DNA from: Myxococcota bacterium
GTDB taxonomy: Bacteria > Myxococcota > XYA12-FULL-58-9 > JALHOP01
Length of the DNA stretch: 39,659 bases
Assembly: GCA_041288095.1 (NCBI GenBank)
Contig: JBGGMJ010000005.1
Span: 1-39,659 of the forward strand
Direction: 5' to 3'
The translations under genes were made by a program, and so were the position numbers. Shown here in pieces: positions 8,670 to 17,297 of this stretch. Numbering within the stretch: the stretch's first letter is position 1; each line of letters opens with the position of its first letter. Under the pieces are notes generated by a model. That model did no database searches. It was not told where the DNA came from and worked only from the letters and a program-made list of their open reading frames with translations.

Positions 8670-10013
8670 CTAAAGCAACGTACCGCGCAGGATAAGCGCG
8701 GCTGCGCTGAAGTAAATCGCAAGGCCACTGACGTCCACCAGGGTCGCTACCATCGGCGCCGAAGCGCTCGCGGGATCGAGGCCGGCGCGCTTCAAGAGCA
8801 GGGGCAACATCGACCCGGCCAAGGTGCCGAAGAGCACGACGCTGACGAGGCTGATGGCGACGACGCATGCGATGAGCACATGGTACGGGCCGTAGGCGTT
8901 GGCGATGGAACCCCAGACGACGATGCGCGCGAAGCCGATGGCGCCGAGCATGCCGCCGAGCACCAGCCCGGCCGCGATCTCGCGGCGCATGACCCGCCAC
9001 CACTGGGCCATGCCGACCTCGCCGAGCGCCATGGCGCGGATGACCAGCGTCGTCGCCTGCGAGCCGGAGTTGCCGCCGCTCGAGATGATGAGGGGCATGA
9101 ACATCGACAGCACGACCGCCTTGGCCATCTCGTGCTCGAAGTAACCGAGCGTCGTCGCGGTGAGCATCTCGCCCAGGAACAAGACCGCGAGCCAGACACC
9201 GCGCTTGCGGAGCAGCGGCCAGAGCTTGATGGTGAGGTACGGCTCGTCGAGAGCTTCGGTACCACCGAGCTTCTGGATGTCTTCGGTCGCTTCTTCCTGG
9301 AAGACGTCGACGATGTCATCGACGGTGACGATGCCCTTGAGGCGATTGTCTTTGTCGACGACCGGGATGGCGAGGAGCTGGTGTTGGCTGAACAGGCGGC
9401 TGACCTGCTCTTGGTCCATGTCCTCGGCGACCGTGACCATCTCGGTCTGCATGACGTCACGGACGCGCGCCGCGTGCTGCGCCGTGAACAAGTCGCCGAG
9501 CGACACGACACCGATGAGGTGCTGTCCGTCATCGAGGACATAGGCGTAGTAGACCGTGGCCAGGTTGTCGCGTGCTTGCCGTCGCAGGTAGCTGATGGCT
9601 TCGTCGATGGTGAGATCGCCCCGCACCGTGGCGTAGCGGGGGCTCATGAGGCCGCCCGCTTGGTCTTCGGCGTAGGCGAGCAAGACACCGACCTCGCGGC
9701 GGGTGCGCGCATCGAGCGCGGCGAGAGCGGCATCGCGCTCGTCCGCCGGTAGCTCCTGCACGACGTCGACGGCGTCCTCTGGATCGAGCAGTCGCAACCA
9801 GGCCCGGCGCTGCGCCGGTTGCAGGGTTTGCAACATCTGCACTTGCTCGTGCGCGGTCAGGGTAACGAAGAGATCCTCGGCGTCGTCCGGCGGCAGCAGC
9901 GAAAGAGCTTCGATGCGCTCGTCGAGCGACAGCGCCGGCCACGCATCACGCACCTCTTCGAGGTCGGGCGCCTCTTCGGTGGTCGCATCTGCCGTTTGCT
10001 GAACGTCGCTCAT
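8670..10013 (-). CDS. mgtE: Magnesium transporter MgtE
   Basis: Acidic N-domain, CBS pair (AGGLMSP, GIVTVDDIVD), PLIISSGGNSGSQ and DPASASAPMVATLVD motifs. Confidence 0.96.
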   Translation of the reverse strand: MSDVQQTADATTEEAPDLEEVRDAWPALSLDERIEALSLLPPDDAEDLFVTLTAHEQVQMLQTLQPAQRRAWLRLLDPEDAVDVVQELPADERDAALAALDARTRREVGVLLAYAEDQAGGLMSPRYATVRGDLTIDEAISYLRRQARDNLATVYYAYVLDDGQHLIGVVSLGDLFTAQHAARVRDVMQTEMVTVAEDMDQEQVSRLFSQHQLLAIPVVDKDNRLKGIVTVDDIVDVFQEEATEDIQKLGGTEALDEPYLTIKLWPLLRKRGVWLAVLFLGEMLTATTLGYFEHEMAKAVVLSMFMPLIISSGGNSGSQATTLVIRAMALGEVGMAQWWRVMRREIAAGLVLGGMLGAIGFARIVVWGSIANAYGPYHVLIACVVAISLVSVVLFGTLAGSMLPLLLKRAGLDPASASAPMVATLVDVSGLAIYFSAAALILRGTLL

Positions 10014-10102
10014 TGGGCTTCCCGCGGCGCCGCTCTCTTAGACGGACACGTCGCGGATGCCAAGACGATTCGGGGCCTTTGAGTGATCGTTGAGGCGGGT
10101 TT

Positions 10103-11488
10103 TCAGACCTCGAGCGCGCCGATGCCGTCGGTCGCGAAGCCGCCGCCGTTGCCGAAGCCGTTCGCGAGCGGCAGATCGACCGCTCGCATGGCGGTAATGA
10201 GCACCTTGGTGAGATTCTCGCCCGTCGTCGAGCGGTAGTGGACGTTGCCGCGTAGGGCGCCGCCGGCGTGACCAGCGAGGAGCACCGGGTAGTCGTCGAT
10301 GCTGTGCTCGCGGCCCTGCGTGAGGTCGCTCGAGGCGAGAATCGCCGACTGCTCGAGCAGGTTCGACGCGCCTTCGGTGGTCGCGCGCAGCCGCTCGAGG
10401 AAGATGCCGAAGTGCTGCATGGTGATGGTGACGCCGTGCGTGAGCTCGGGCTGGTCACCGGGCTCGTCGTGCGACAGCGAATGGCTGCCTTCGGTGACAC
10501 CATCGGCGTCGAACGAGGTGTAACCGACGCTCCCCGAATACATGATGCTGAAGACGCGCGTGCGATCACACGCGAGAGCCAAGGCGAGTATGTCCGCCAT
10601 AGCGACAGTCAGGTTGCGGAGCTGCTCGACGCCTTGCTGGTCGGGATACTCTCCGGGCTCCGCGGGAATGCTGCAGAGGTTGGCGTTCTCCTCCTCGAGG
10701 GCGGCGATGCGGGTCTGCAGCTCGCTGACGCTCGTCAGGTGCTGGTCGAGGCGGCGGCGGTCGTTGGCGCTCACCCTCTTTTGCAAGGCGGTCGCGTCGG
10801 CATGGACGGCGTCGAGGACCTGCCGGCGGAGCGCCAGCTTGGGGTCGATGGTGCCGGCGTTGCTGGCGACGAAATCCGGCGCGAAGACACGCTGGAAGAG
10901 CGCCCGCGCCGAGTAGAGCGGACGGTTCACGTTGTCCGGCCCGTTGTGCGAAAGGAAGTTGAGCGTCGTGCCTTCGCTGGTGATGACGCGCTTGGAGATG
11001 CCGAGCTCGAGCGAACGGAACGCCGTGCGCTTGGTGGCATCGGCGGCATAGGCCGCGGCGACGACCTGATCGATGCTCGGCTTGCTGAAGGTCGAGCAGT
11101 AGCCCGCGTTGCCTGGGTCTTGCGGGACCATCGGCGACGCCGAAAGGAAGCCGACGCAGCCGGCGTGATGACCGCGCTCGTTGCCGGTCTTCACCTGCGT
11201 GCCGGAGACCACCGAAACGTAGCTCTGCAAGGGCGCGAGCGGCTGCAGATTGGTCTTGAGGTCGTAGGCGCTGCCGGTGCGCGTCGGTGTCCAGGCCGAT
11301 AAGCGCACGCCGTTGCCCCAGAAGAACAAGCCGAAGCGCTTGGCGAGCGCCGTGCCGTCCGCGAAAGCGTTGCCGTTGGCGTTGAGCATGGTCTCGAGGA
11401 CCGGTAGGGCGAGAGTCGCTCCGAGACCGAAGGCCGCGCCGCGGAGCACGGTGCGCCGGTCGAGCTGGTGCCGCTTGAGCGGAATCAT
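10103..11488 (-). CDS. DUF1552-family protein with Tat signal (copy 1)
   Basis: DRRTVLRG..LALPVLETM, SIDQVVA, RSLELG, DRRRLDQHLTSV, ALACDRTRV. ATG at 11488 overlaps the upstream stop (ATGA). Confidence 0.88.
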   Translation of the reverse strand: MIPLKRHQLDRRTVLRGAAFGLGATLALPVLETMLNANGNAFADGTALAKRFGLFFWGNGVRLSAWTPTRTGSAYDLKTNLQPLAPLQSYVSVVSGTQVKTGNERGHHAGCVGFLSASPMVPQDPGNAGYCSTFSKPSIDQVVAAAYAADATKRTAFRSLELGISKRVITSEGTTLNFLSHNGPDNVNRPLYSARALFQRVFAPDFVASNAGTIDPKLALRRQVLDAVHADATALQKRVSANDRRRLDQHLTSVSELQTRIAALEEENANLCSIPAEPGEYPDQQGVEQLRNLTVAMADILALALACDRTRVFSIMYSGSVGYTSFDADGVTEGSHSLSHDEPGDQPELTHGVTITMQHFGIFLERLRATTEGASNLLEQSAILASSDLTQGREHSIDDYPVLLAGHAGGALRGNVHYRSTTGENLTKVLITAMRAVDLPLANGFGNGGGFATDGIGALEV

Positions 11489-13128
11489 TGGACCTCCGCG
11501 AGGCTTGCGTAGCGAAAACCATCGCTCGAGGCGATCGCCTCCATGAGCGCCTTGATGGTGAAGTTGCCGGCGGCGAACTGGGTGTTGATGGCGATGATGG
11601 TCGCCTCCTCGTTGCGCGATTCGACGTGGCCGACGGCGTAGCGGTACATGGTGCGCGCGGCGCAGTTGGTGGTGCGCTCGTCGTCCACGAGGACACCAGC
11701 GAGGCCCGCGAGCCCGTCGAACGTCGTCTCTTCGATGTTGCCCGAGAGGTCGAGCGTTGCCCCGTGGTCGGTCACGCGGTGCGCGCCGATGCCGTCGAAG
11801 CTCTCGAGGGCGAGCCCGATCGGATCCATCATGCTGTGGCAGGCGGCGCAGGTCGGGTTGGTGCGGTGGGTCGCGAGGCGGTCGCGCATGGTGGGCGCGT
11901 TCGGATCCGGCTCGGGCACGACGGTCTCGACCTCGGGCGGCGGCGCCGCCACGGCCTCGCAAAGGACCGCCTCGCGCACGTATTTGCCACGTAGAGTCGG
12001 AGACGAGCGCTCGCTGGTGGCGTAGAGGGCGAGGAACCCGGGCTTACCCAGGAGGCCGACGCGTCCCTGTTGCGCCGGCACCTGGATCTGGCGCGCATCA
12101 CCCGTCACCGCCACACCGTAGACCGGGCCAAGCGCCGCCGAGGCGAAAGCGACGTCGCTGGTGAAGAGATTGCGATAGTCGCCGCTGCCGTCACCGACGA
12201 TGGTCGCGATGCTGCGCAGGATGTCGTCGCGCATCGCTGGTCCGAGCTCGCTGCTCGCCGCCGGGAAGAGGTCGCGACTCTTGGTGAGGTCGTCGAGTCG
12301 CTCGAGCCGCAGCCAGTCGCGGAAGAAGTCGTCGAGAGCGATGTCACGGCCGGAGGTCGCGAGGAGGCGCGCCGCTTGCTCCTTCACGGTCCGCGGATCG
12401 GTGAGCGCGTCTTCGTCCGCCAGGGCGGACAAGGCGTCGTCGGGCGGCGCGTGCGTCAGGAAATACGAGAGCCGCGTCGCCATGGCGTAGCTGTCGTAGC
12501 GCCCCCGGGTTGGGTCGTCGGGGTCGGGCTCCGGCAGCTCGACGCGGAAGAGGAAGCTCGGGGATTCGAGCAGGGCGCCGATGATGAACGCCACGCCCTG
12601 CCATACGTCGCCCGCGAGCGCGTTGGTCGCCGACGGCCCAATCGCGGCGAAGCGATTCACTTCGTCACTACTGAGAGGTCGGCGGAAGATTTTGCGCCCC
12701 AGCTTGGTGGTGAGGCTTGCCCAGCAGGCGGCATCGCCCGCGTTCTGCGGCGTGCAGACGCCGAGACGGGCGCGGCGGGTCGAGACCGTCACTTGGGCCG
12801 CCACGTCGAGAGCCGCGAGCTCGAGCTTCTCGACGGCGTTGGCGGAGAGAGTCGTGGACCCGGCACCGATGGCTTCGAGGCCGTTGATGATGGTGTCGCC
12901 TTCGAGGTCGGTGGGCACGTTGATGTCGGCGCCGAAGAGATGGCGCAAGGTGTTCTGGTATTCGGTGACCGTGAGCCGGCGGAGCTGGGCCGGGGCCGCG
13001 ACGAACGGGCGCGGACCGTCGAACCCCACGGGGCTCACCGCGTCGTCGGCGTATTCGCCGATGACACCGACGCCGCAGCCCGCGAGGCTGACCGCTAAAA
13101 CGGTCGATATGAGTGTCTTGCGAAACAC
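11485..13128 (-). CDS. DUF1592/DUF1588/DUF1587/DUF1595/DUF1585 lipoprotein with CxxCH heme motif (copy 1)
   Basis: GTG at 13128 with a GGAGG SD, lipobox LAGC, LRRLT..EYQNTL, LESPSFLFR, RLSYFL, SSPTLRG, CAACH..DPIG. Confidence 0.88.
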   Translation of the reverse strand: MFRKTLISTVLAVSLAGCGVGVIGEYADDAVSPVGFDGPRPFVAAPAQLRRLTVTEYQNTLRHLFGADINVPTDLEGDTIINGLEAIGAGSTTLSANAVEKLELAALDVAAQVTVSTRRARLGVCTPQNAGDAACWASLTTKLGRKIFRRPLSSDEVNRFAAIGPSATNALAGDVWQGVAFIIGALLESPSFLFRVELPEPDPDDPTRGRYDSYAMATRLSYFLTHAPPDDALSALADEDALTDPRTVKEQAARLLATSGRDIALDDFFRDWLRLERLDDLTKSRDLFPAASSELGPAMRDDILRSIATIVGDGSGDYRNLFTSDVAFASAALGPVYGVAVTGDARQIQVPAQQGRVGLLGKPGFLALYATSERSSPTLRGKYVREAVLCEAVAAPPPEVETVVPEPDPNAPTMRDRLATHRTNPTCAACHSMMDPIGLALESFDGIGAHRVTDHGATLDLSGNIEETTFDGLAGLAGVLVDDERTTNCAARTMYRYAVGHVESRNEEATIIAINTQFAAGNFTIKALMEAIASSDGFRYASLAEVQ

Positions 13129-13509
13129 GTGACCGATGCCTCCGGCGTTTCGGGGAGGGCGACCCACGCGGCCGGCATGGTGACCGCGTGGATCGATCTC
13201 ACCTCCGTTCCCGAAATTCTTCTTGGCTACACAGCTCCACGGCGCGGCGGCGCCGCGGTGTTTGGGAGTGAACGAACGCGAAGCTATCGGCGTCGGGATC
13301 GCCGCAAGATCCCGACGCCGAAGCTCACCATGGCAGACCGTCGGTAAGGTCGGTCTGGAATGGGGGTCCAGTAACCCATTCGCATTCTTGTTGAGCACCG
13401 ACCGTGCCAGCGCACGTTAGGAGCTAGAACGCCTCAGTTCGGCGATTTGAGCGTTCGCTGTCGCCGCGTCGCGTGGGCCGTAGTCCACGCTTGCGGATGA
13501 CGACCCACA

Positions 13510-14421
13510 TCACTCGTCGTCGGCGGCCGGCACAGCGGGCAAATACGGGAGGACGCGACCGGTCGCGAGCCATGCGCGGGTGACGGCGTTCTGATCGACG
13601 TAGCCGAAGGCTCCGCGATCGCGCGAGAGCTCGCGGTAGCGCTCGACAGAGCCTTCGGGACCAGTCGCCAGGATCGCACGGACGATCGCCGCGTTGTCGA
13701 CGTAGCCGAAGTCGAGGCCGGCATTGCCGAGCGCGCGGTAACGGTCCATGGCGTCCGGCGGACCGGCCGCGACGACCGCTTGCGCCACGGCGGCGCCGTC
13801 GATGTAGCCGAGCTCACGGCGGGGCAGTGCGCGATAGCGGTCGACGGCTTCCGGCGGTGCAAGCGCGAGCACCGCGCGGGCGACCGAAGCATTGTCGATG
13901 TAGCCGAAGTCGAGCCGTGCATTGCCCAAGGCGCGGTAGCGATCGATGGCGCCCGCCGGACCCGCGGCCAACATGGCGCGCACCATGGCGTTGGCATCGA
14001 TGTAGCCGAACTCGCGTGGGTTACGTGCCAGCTGCCGGTGGCGGGCCAGCGCCTCGTCGCCGCCGTGAGCCAGGATGAAGCGGACCAGACCGGCGTTGTC
14101 GACGTAGCCCAAGTCCTCGCGCGTGGGCTGCAGGCGGCGATAGCGCTCGACCACCGCGTCGTCCGAAATAGCGAGTAGGGCTTGGACCTGCGCGGCGTTA
14201 TCGACGTAGCCGAGCGGCAAGCGCTCGCGGCCGAGGGCCTGATAGCGGGAAAGAGAGGGTGTGGTTACCGTGGCGGCGGGCTGCGGGGCGGCAAGCCGCA
14301 AAGCCTGTCGCGCGCCTGCGAGCTCACCCTCGGGGATGTCCGAAAAGAGGCGTCTCATGGCGACGGGAGCGGTTCGGGGGGCTGCCGCGGGCTGCTGCGC
14401 TGGTTGGACGGGGTCGAGCAT
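13510..14421 (-). CDS. Hypothetical protein with seven ~34-aa tandem repeats (RYxxL...GY[VI]D)
   Basis: ATG at 14421. The repeat periodicity supports coding status. The ORF-track extension to 14883 is antisense to rpsL. Confidence 0.8.
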   Translation of the reverse strand: MLDPVQPAQQPAAAPRTAPVAMRRLFSDIPEGELAGARQALRLAAPQPAATVTTPSLSRYQALGRERLPLGYVDNAAQVQALLAISDDAVVERYRRLQPTREDLGYVDNAGLVRFILAHGGDEALARHRQLARNPREFGYIDANAMVRAMLAAGPAGAIDRYRALGNARLDFGYIDNASVARAVLALAPPEAVDRYRALPRRELGYIDGAAVAQAVVAAGPPDAMDRYRALGNAGLDFGYVDNAAIVRAILATGPEGSVERYRELSRDRGAFGYVDQNAVTRAWLATGRVLPYLPAVPAADDE

Positions 14422-14428
14422 ATGGCCG

Positions 14429-14436
14429 TTATCGAG
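14429..14436 (-). promoter_or_regulatory. sigma28-like -10 variant CTCGATAA
   Basis: 6/8 match, 7 nt upstream of the ATG of the repeat-protein gene. No SD. Confidence 0.3.
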
Positions 14437-14484
14437 GCGCAAGGCGGCCGGATGCGGCGATCGAGACTGACATGGCGTATCTGC

Positions 14485-14514
14485 TTGACAGTTTGACCGG
14501 GCAATCGTTAGAAG
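14485..14514 (+). promoter_or_regulatory. sigma70-type promoter of rpsL-rpsG
   Basis: TTGACA-N18-TAGAAG followed by a GCGCGC discriminator. Confidence 0.6.
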
Positions 14515-14547
14515 GCGCGCTCCAAATTTAGGACGTTGCGAGTAACG

Positions 14548-14919
14548 ATGCCTACGATTAACCAGCTGGTGCGCAAGCGCCGCGATGAGAAGCTGACCAA
14601 GAACAAGACGCCGGCCATGGAAGGCTGCCCGCAGAAGCGCGGTGTCTGTGTTCGCGTCTACACCTCGACCCCGAAGAAGCCGAACTCGGCGCTTCGCAAG
14701 GTTGCGCGTGTGCGTTTGACCAACGGCTTCGAAGTGACCTCCTACATCCCGGGCGTGGGTCACAACCTGCAAGAGCACTCGGTCGTTCTGATTCGTGGTG
14801 GCCGCGTCAAGGATCTTCCTGGCGTCCGCTATCACATCATCCGTGGCACGCTCGACGCGACTGGCGTCGAAGGCCGTCGCCAAGGTCGTTCGAAATACGG
14901 CGCTAAGCGTCCTCAGTAG
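14548..14919 (+). CDS. rpsL: 30S ribosomal protein S12
   Basis: [31 protein letters not shown]. Confidence 0.99.
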   Translation: MPTINQLVRKRRDEKLTKNKTPAMEGCPQKRGVCVRVYTSTPKKPNSALRKVARVRLTNGFEVTSYIPGVGHNLQEHSVVLIRGGRVKDLPGVRYHIIRGTLDATGVEGRRQGRSKYGAKRPQ

Positions 14920-14930
14920 TAAAAAGGTAG

Positions 14931-15410
<480 letters not shown>

Positions 15411-15448
15411 TTTCCTCCCTCGGCGCCTAGCCGAGTGACTGTTCGTCG

Positions 15449-15479
15449 AAGCGGCCGGTAACCCCGGCCGCTTTTTTTT
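15449..15479 (+). terminator. Intrinsic terminator after rpsG
   Basis: AAGCGGCCGG-taacc-CCGGCCGCTT hairpin running into T8. Confidence 0.9.
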
Positions 15480-15549
15480 GGCCCGGTTTGCGCCGCCACG
15501 ACAGGGTGCCTACGCGACAACGCACTCACGCAACATGCGCCGAAGTCGG

Positions 15550-15557
15550 GCCGATAT
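15550..15557 (+). promoter_or_regulatory. sigma28/FliA-like -10 box GCCGATAT
   Basis: Lies between the rpsG terminator and the orphan gene, 29 nt before ATG 15587 and 59 nt before ATG 15617. Confidence 0.4.
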
Positions 15558-15616
15558 GCTGCCCAGTCAACAACGCCACCGCGCTAATGCGCACGCCATT
15601 GCCGAAAGCAAACCCG

Positions 15617-16123
15617 ATGCAACTCTCTCCTCTCAAGTCGAATCCCCAGCCCAGCTCTTACCTCGAGCGCGCGACTGCCTACGCCAAGGGCACCTTCGAG
15701 GCAGGCAAGGGCGCCGTCGCGCAGCGACCGCTCCTCGCCCGCGTTGGCGCATATGTCCCGGCCGCTGCAGCCAGCGTGGCCGGTGGCTTGGTCGGTCTCG
15801 CGGCAACCCCGGTTTACGCGGTCGAGAAGGTCGCGTCGAAGAGCTTCCTCTCGAACGCGGTCGACTTCGTCGGTGCGGCGGCATTCGGCGCCGTCGCGCT
15901 TGCCGGCTTCACGGGCATGGTGACTTACCTGACCGGCACGGCGCTGCCGTCGCTCACCATCGGACAGGGCGCGATGCTCGCGCTCCAAGGTGCGGGACTC
16001 GCTGTCTTCGGAAAGGCGGCCATCGACTCCATCGTTGCCTACGGCACCGCCAGCGCCGGCAAGACCATGAGCTTCATCGCCAGCGGCTTCGACCGCTTCG
16101 GCGTCGGTGCAAAGAAGGCCTAG
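15617..16123 (+). CDS. Hypothetical Ala/Gly-rich membrane protein (orphan)
   Basis: Several hydrophobic Gly/Ala helices, a Ser/Pro-rich N-terminus, GC3-rich codons and its own terminator. Alternative start at 15587. Confidence 0.7.
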   Translation: MQLSPLKSNPQPSSYLERATAYAKGTFEAGKGAVAQRPLLARVGAYVPAAAASVAGGLVGLAATPVYAVEKVASKSFLSNAVDFVGAAAFGAVALAGFTGMVTYLTGTALPSLTIGQGAMLALQGAGLAVFGKAAIDSIVAYGTASAGKTMSFIASGFDRFGVGAKKA

Positions 16124-16146
16124 TCAAGACCCGTCATTGTTCGTTA

Positions 16147-16176
16147 AAGCGGCCGGTATCCCCGGCCGTTTTTTTT
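16147..16176 (+). terminator. Intrinsic terminator, near-copy of the rpsG terminator
   Basis: AAGCGGCCGG-tatcc-CCGGCCG followed by T8. Confidence 0.88.
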
Positions 16177-16204
16177 CGGGCCGGATTCCAACGAGGTGGA
16201 TCCG

Positions 16205-17296
16205 ATGGCGCTTCGACGACGCTCATTCACTGCTCTCCTCGCTCTGACGCTCGTTGCCTGTGACGGCGACAAGGGTCTTACCGGTCCCGCGGGTCCCGTT
16301 GGCCCGCCCGGTGACGAAGGGCCGCAGGGGCCTCCTGGTACCTCTAGCGATGGAGGTGCCGCCGTCCGCTTGTACGGCGACGGCCGCGACGGCGCCTTGG
16401 ACGTGCCCGCGGGGACGACGTTCCTGCCGCTGGACAGCACCGGTCAGTACACGACCATCACGATCGCGACGGGGGGAACGCTGCGCGTGGCGAGCGGCAC
16501 CTTGCTGCGAGCCACCGGCGACATCGACAACGACGGCACCATCGAGGTCGACCCAGCGACATTCACGGGGGTCCGGCGCTACGGTTCAACAATGGCCGAC
16601 CTCGCGCCGGCGACGGTGCCTCCCCATCCCGGCGTTGCCCTGAGCGCCGCTGAGTTTGGCTCCGTCGACATGAGCTCGACGTTCGTCGCCTATGGTGGCG
16701 CCGGGGGCAGGGGGATCGGGCGAGCCGCGCGCTGGCTCACCCAGCTGTTTCCGTCGGCCGGAGGCGCCGGCGCTGATTCGTGGCCGTTCGACGCGGTCGC
16801 GACGGAATCGGGCGGTGGGTCGTTCCATCTTCGGAGCGGCGGCGAGATCCGCAACGCGGGAACAATCCGCGCTCGCGGGGTCGACGGCGGGTTCGGCGGC
16901 CTGGGCGGCTGTGGCGTAGGAGGTGGCGGCGGTGGCGCGGTGCTGCTCGCCGCGGCGACGCAGATCGACAACGGCGGCGGCGCCATCGACGTTCGCGGCG
17001 GGAACGGCCAGGCCGCCGACGGCGACCAGTGCGGCGCGGGCGGCGGGGGAGGTGGCGGCTTCGTTCACCTCATCGCCCCCGTGATCGATGCCGGCGACCT
17101 CCAGTTCACCGGAGGCCAAGCAGGCACGGCCGGCGTCTACGGGTCCTTGCGATGGATCGGTGGCGGCGGTGGCGGCGGCTCCGCTGGTAACGGCGGGCGA
17201 GGCACCGGCCGTATCAACGCGACCGTCTCCGCGGCGAGCGGTGGCGGCACGGGCGCTGCGTACCAGATCGTCGCGGCCCCCGAGACGGCGCTCTGA
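16205..17296 (+). CDS. Lipoprotein with short collagen-like (Gly-X-Y) segment and glycine-rich domain
   Basis: ATG at 16205 with a GAGGTGG SD, lipobox LVAC, GLTGPAGPVGPPGDEGPQGPPG, repeated GGGGGG runs alternating with short beta-strands. Confidence 0.8.
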   Translation: MALRRRSFTALLALTLVACDGDKGLTGPAGPVGPPGDEGPQGPPGTSSDGGAAVRLYGDGRDGALDVPAGTTFLPLDSTGQYTTITIATGGTLRVASGTLLRATGDIDNDGTIEVDPATFTGVRRYGSTMADLAPATVPPHPGVALSAAEFGSVDMSSTFVAYGGAGGRGIGRAARWLTQLFPSAGGAGADSWPFDAVATESGGGSFHLRSGGEIRNAGTIRARGVDGGFGGLGGCGVGGGGGGAVLLAAATQIDNGGGAIDVRGGNGQAADGDQCGAGGGGGGGFVHLIAPVIDAGDLQFTGGQAGTAGVYGSLRWIGGGGGGGSAGNGGRGTGRINATVSAASGGGTGAAYQIVAAPETAL

Positions 17297-17297
17297 C

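Noticed and set aside
7365-9752. 795-aa plus-strand ORF, and similar long ORFs at 3409-4686, 17940-19316, 19210-20355 and 21496-23019
   Set aside because: These are antisense shadows of well-supported genes (PLD/mgtE, rplC, fusA and others). Long stop-free opposite frames are expected in high-GC DNA, and they show no recognisable motifs.
13129-13509. Known riboswitch (cobalamin, c-di-GMP, TPP, SAM) or a fourth copy of the ECF promoter
   Set aside because: I could not match any consensus by eye. TGAGGC near 13435 (-) is not followed by GTCCTT at 16 nt.
13560-14250. Recurrent gtcgacgtagccga / tcgatgtagccga words at ~100-bp spacing resembling a CRISPR array
   Set aside because: The repeats are short, vary at synonymous positions and stay in frame. 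They encode the GY[VI]D protein repeat. No cas genes are present.
14422-14883. N-terminal extension of the repeat-protein ORF overlapping rpsL
   Set aside because: It is simply the reverse complement of rpsL and its promoter. ATG 14421 is the plausible start.
14548-14919. Streptomycin-resistance-type substitutions in S12
   Set aside because: PKKPNSA and RVKDLPG are wild-type.
15435-16187. Insertion sequence or integrative element between the duplicated terminators
   Set aside because: There is no transposase or integrase and no terminal inverted repeats. Kept only as a direct-repeat observation.
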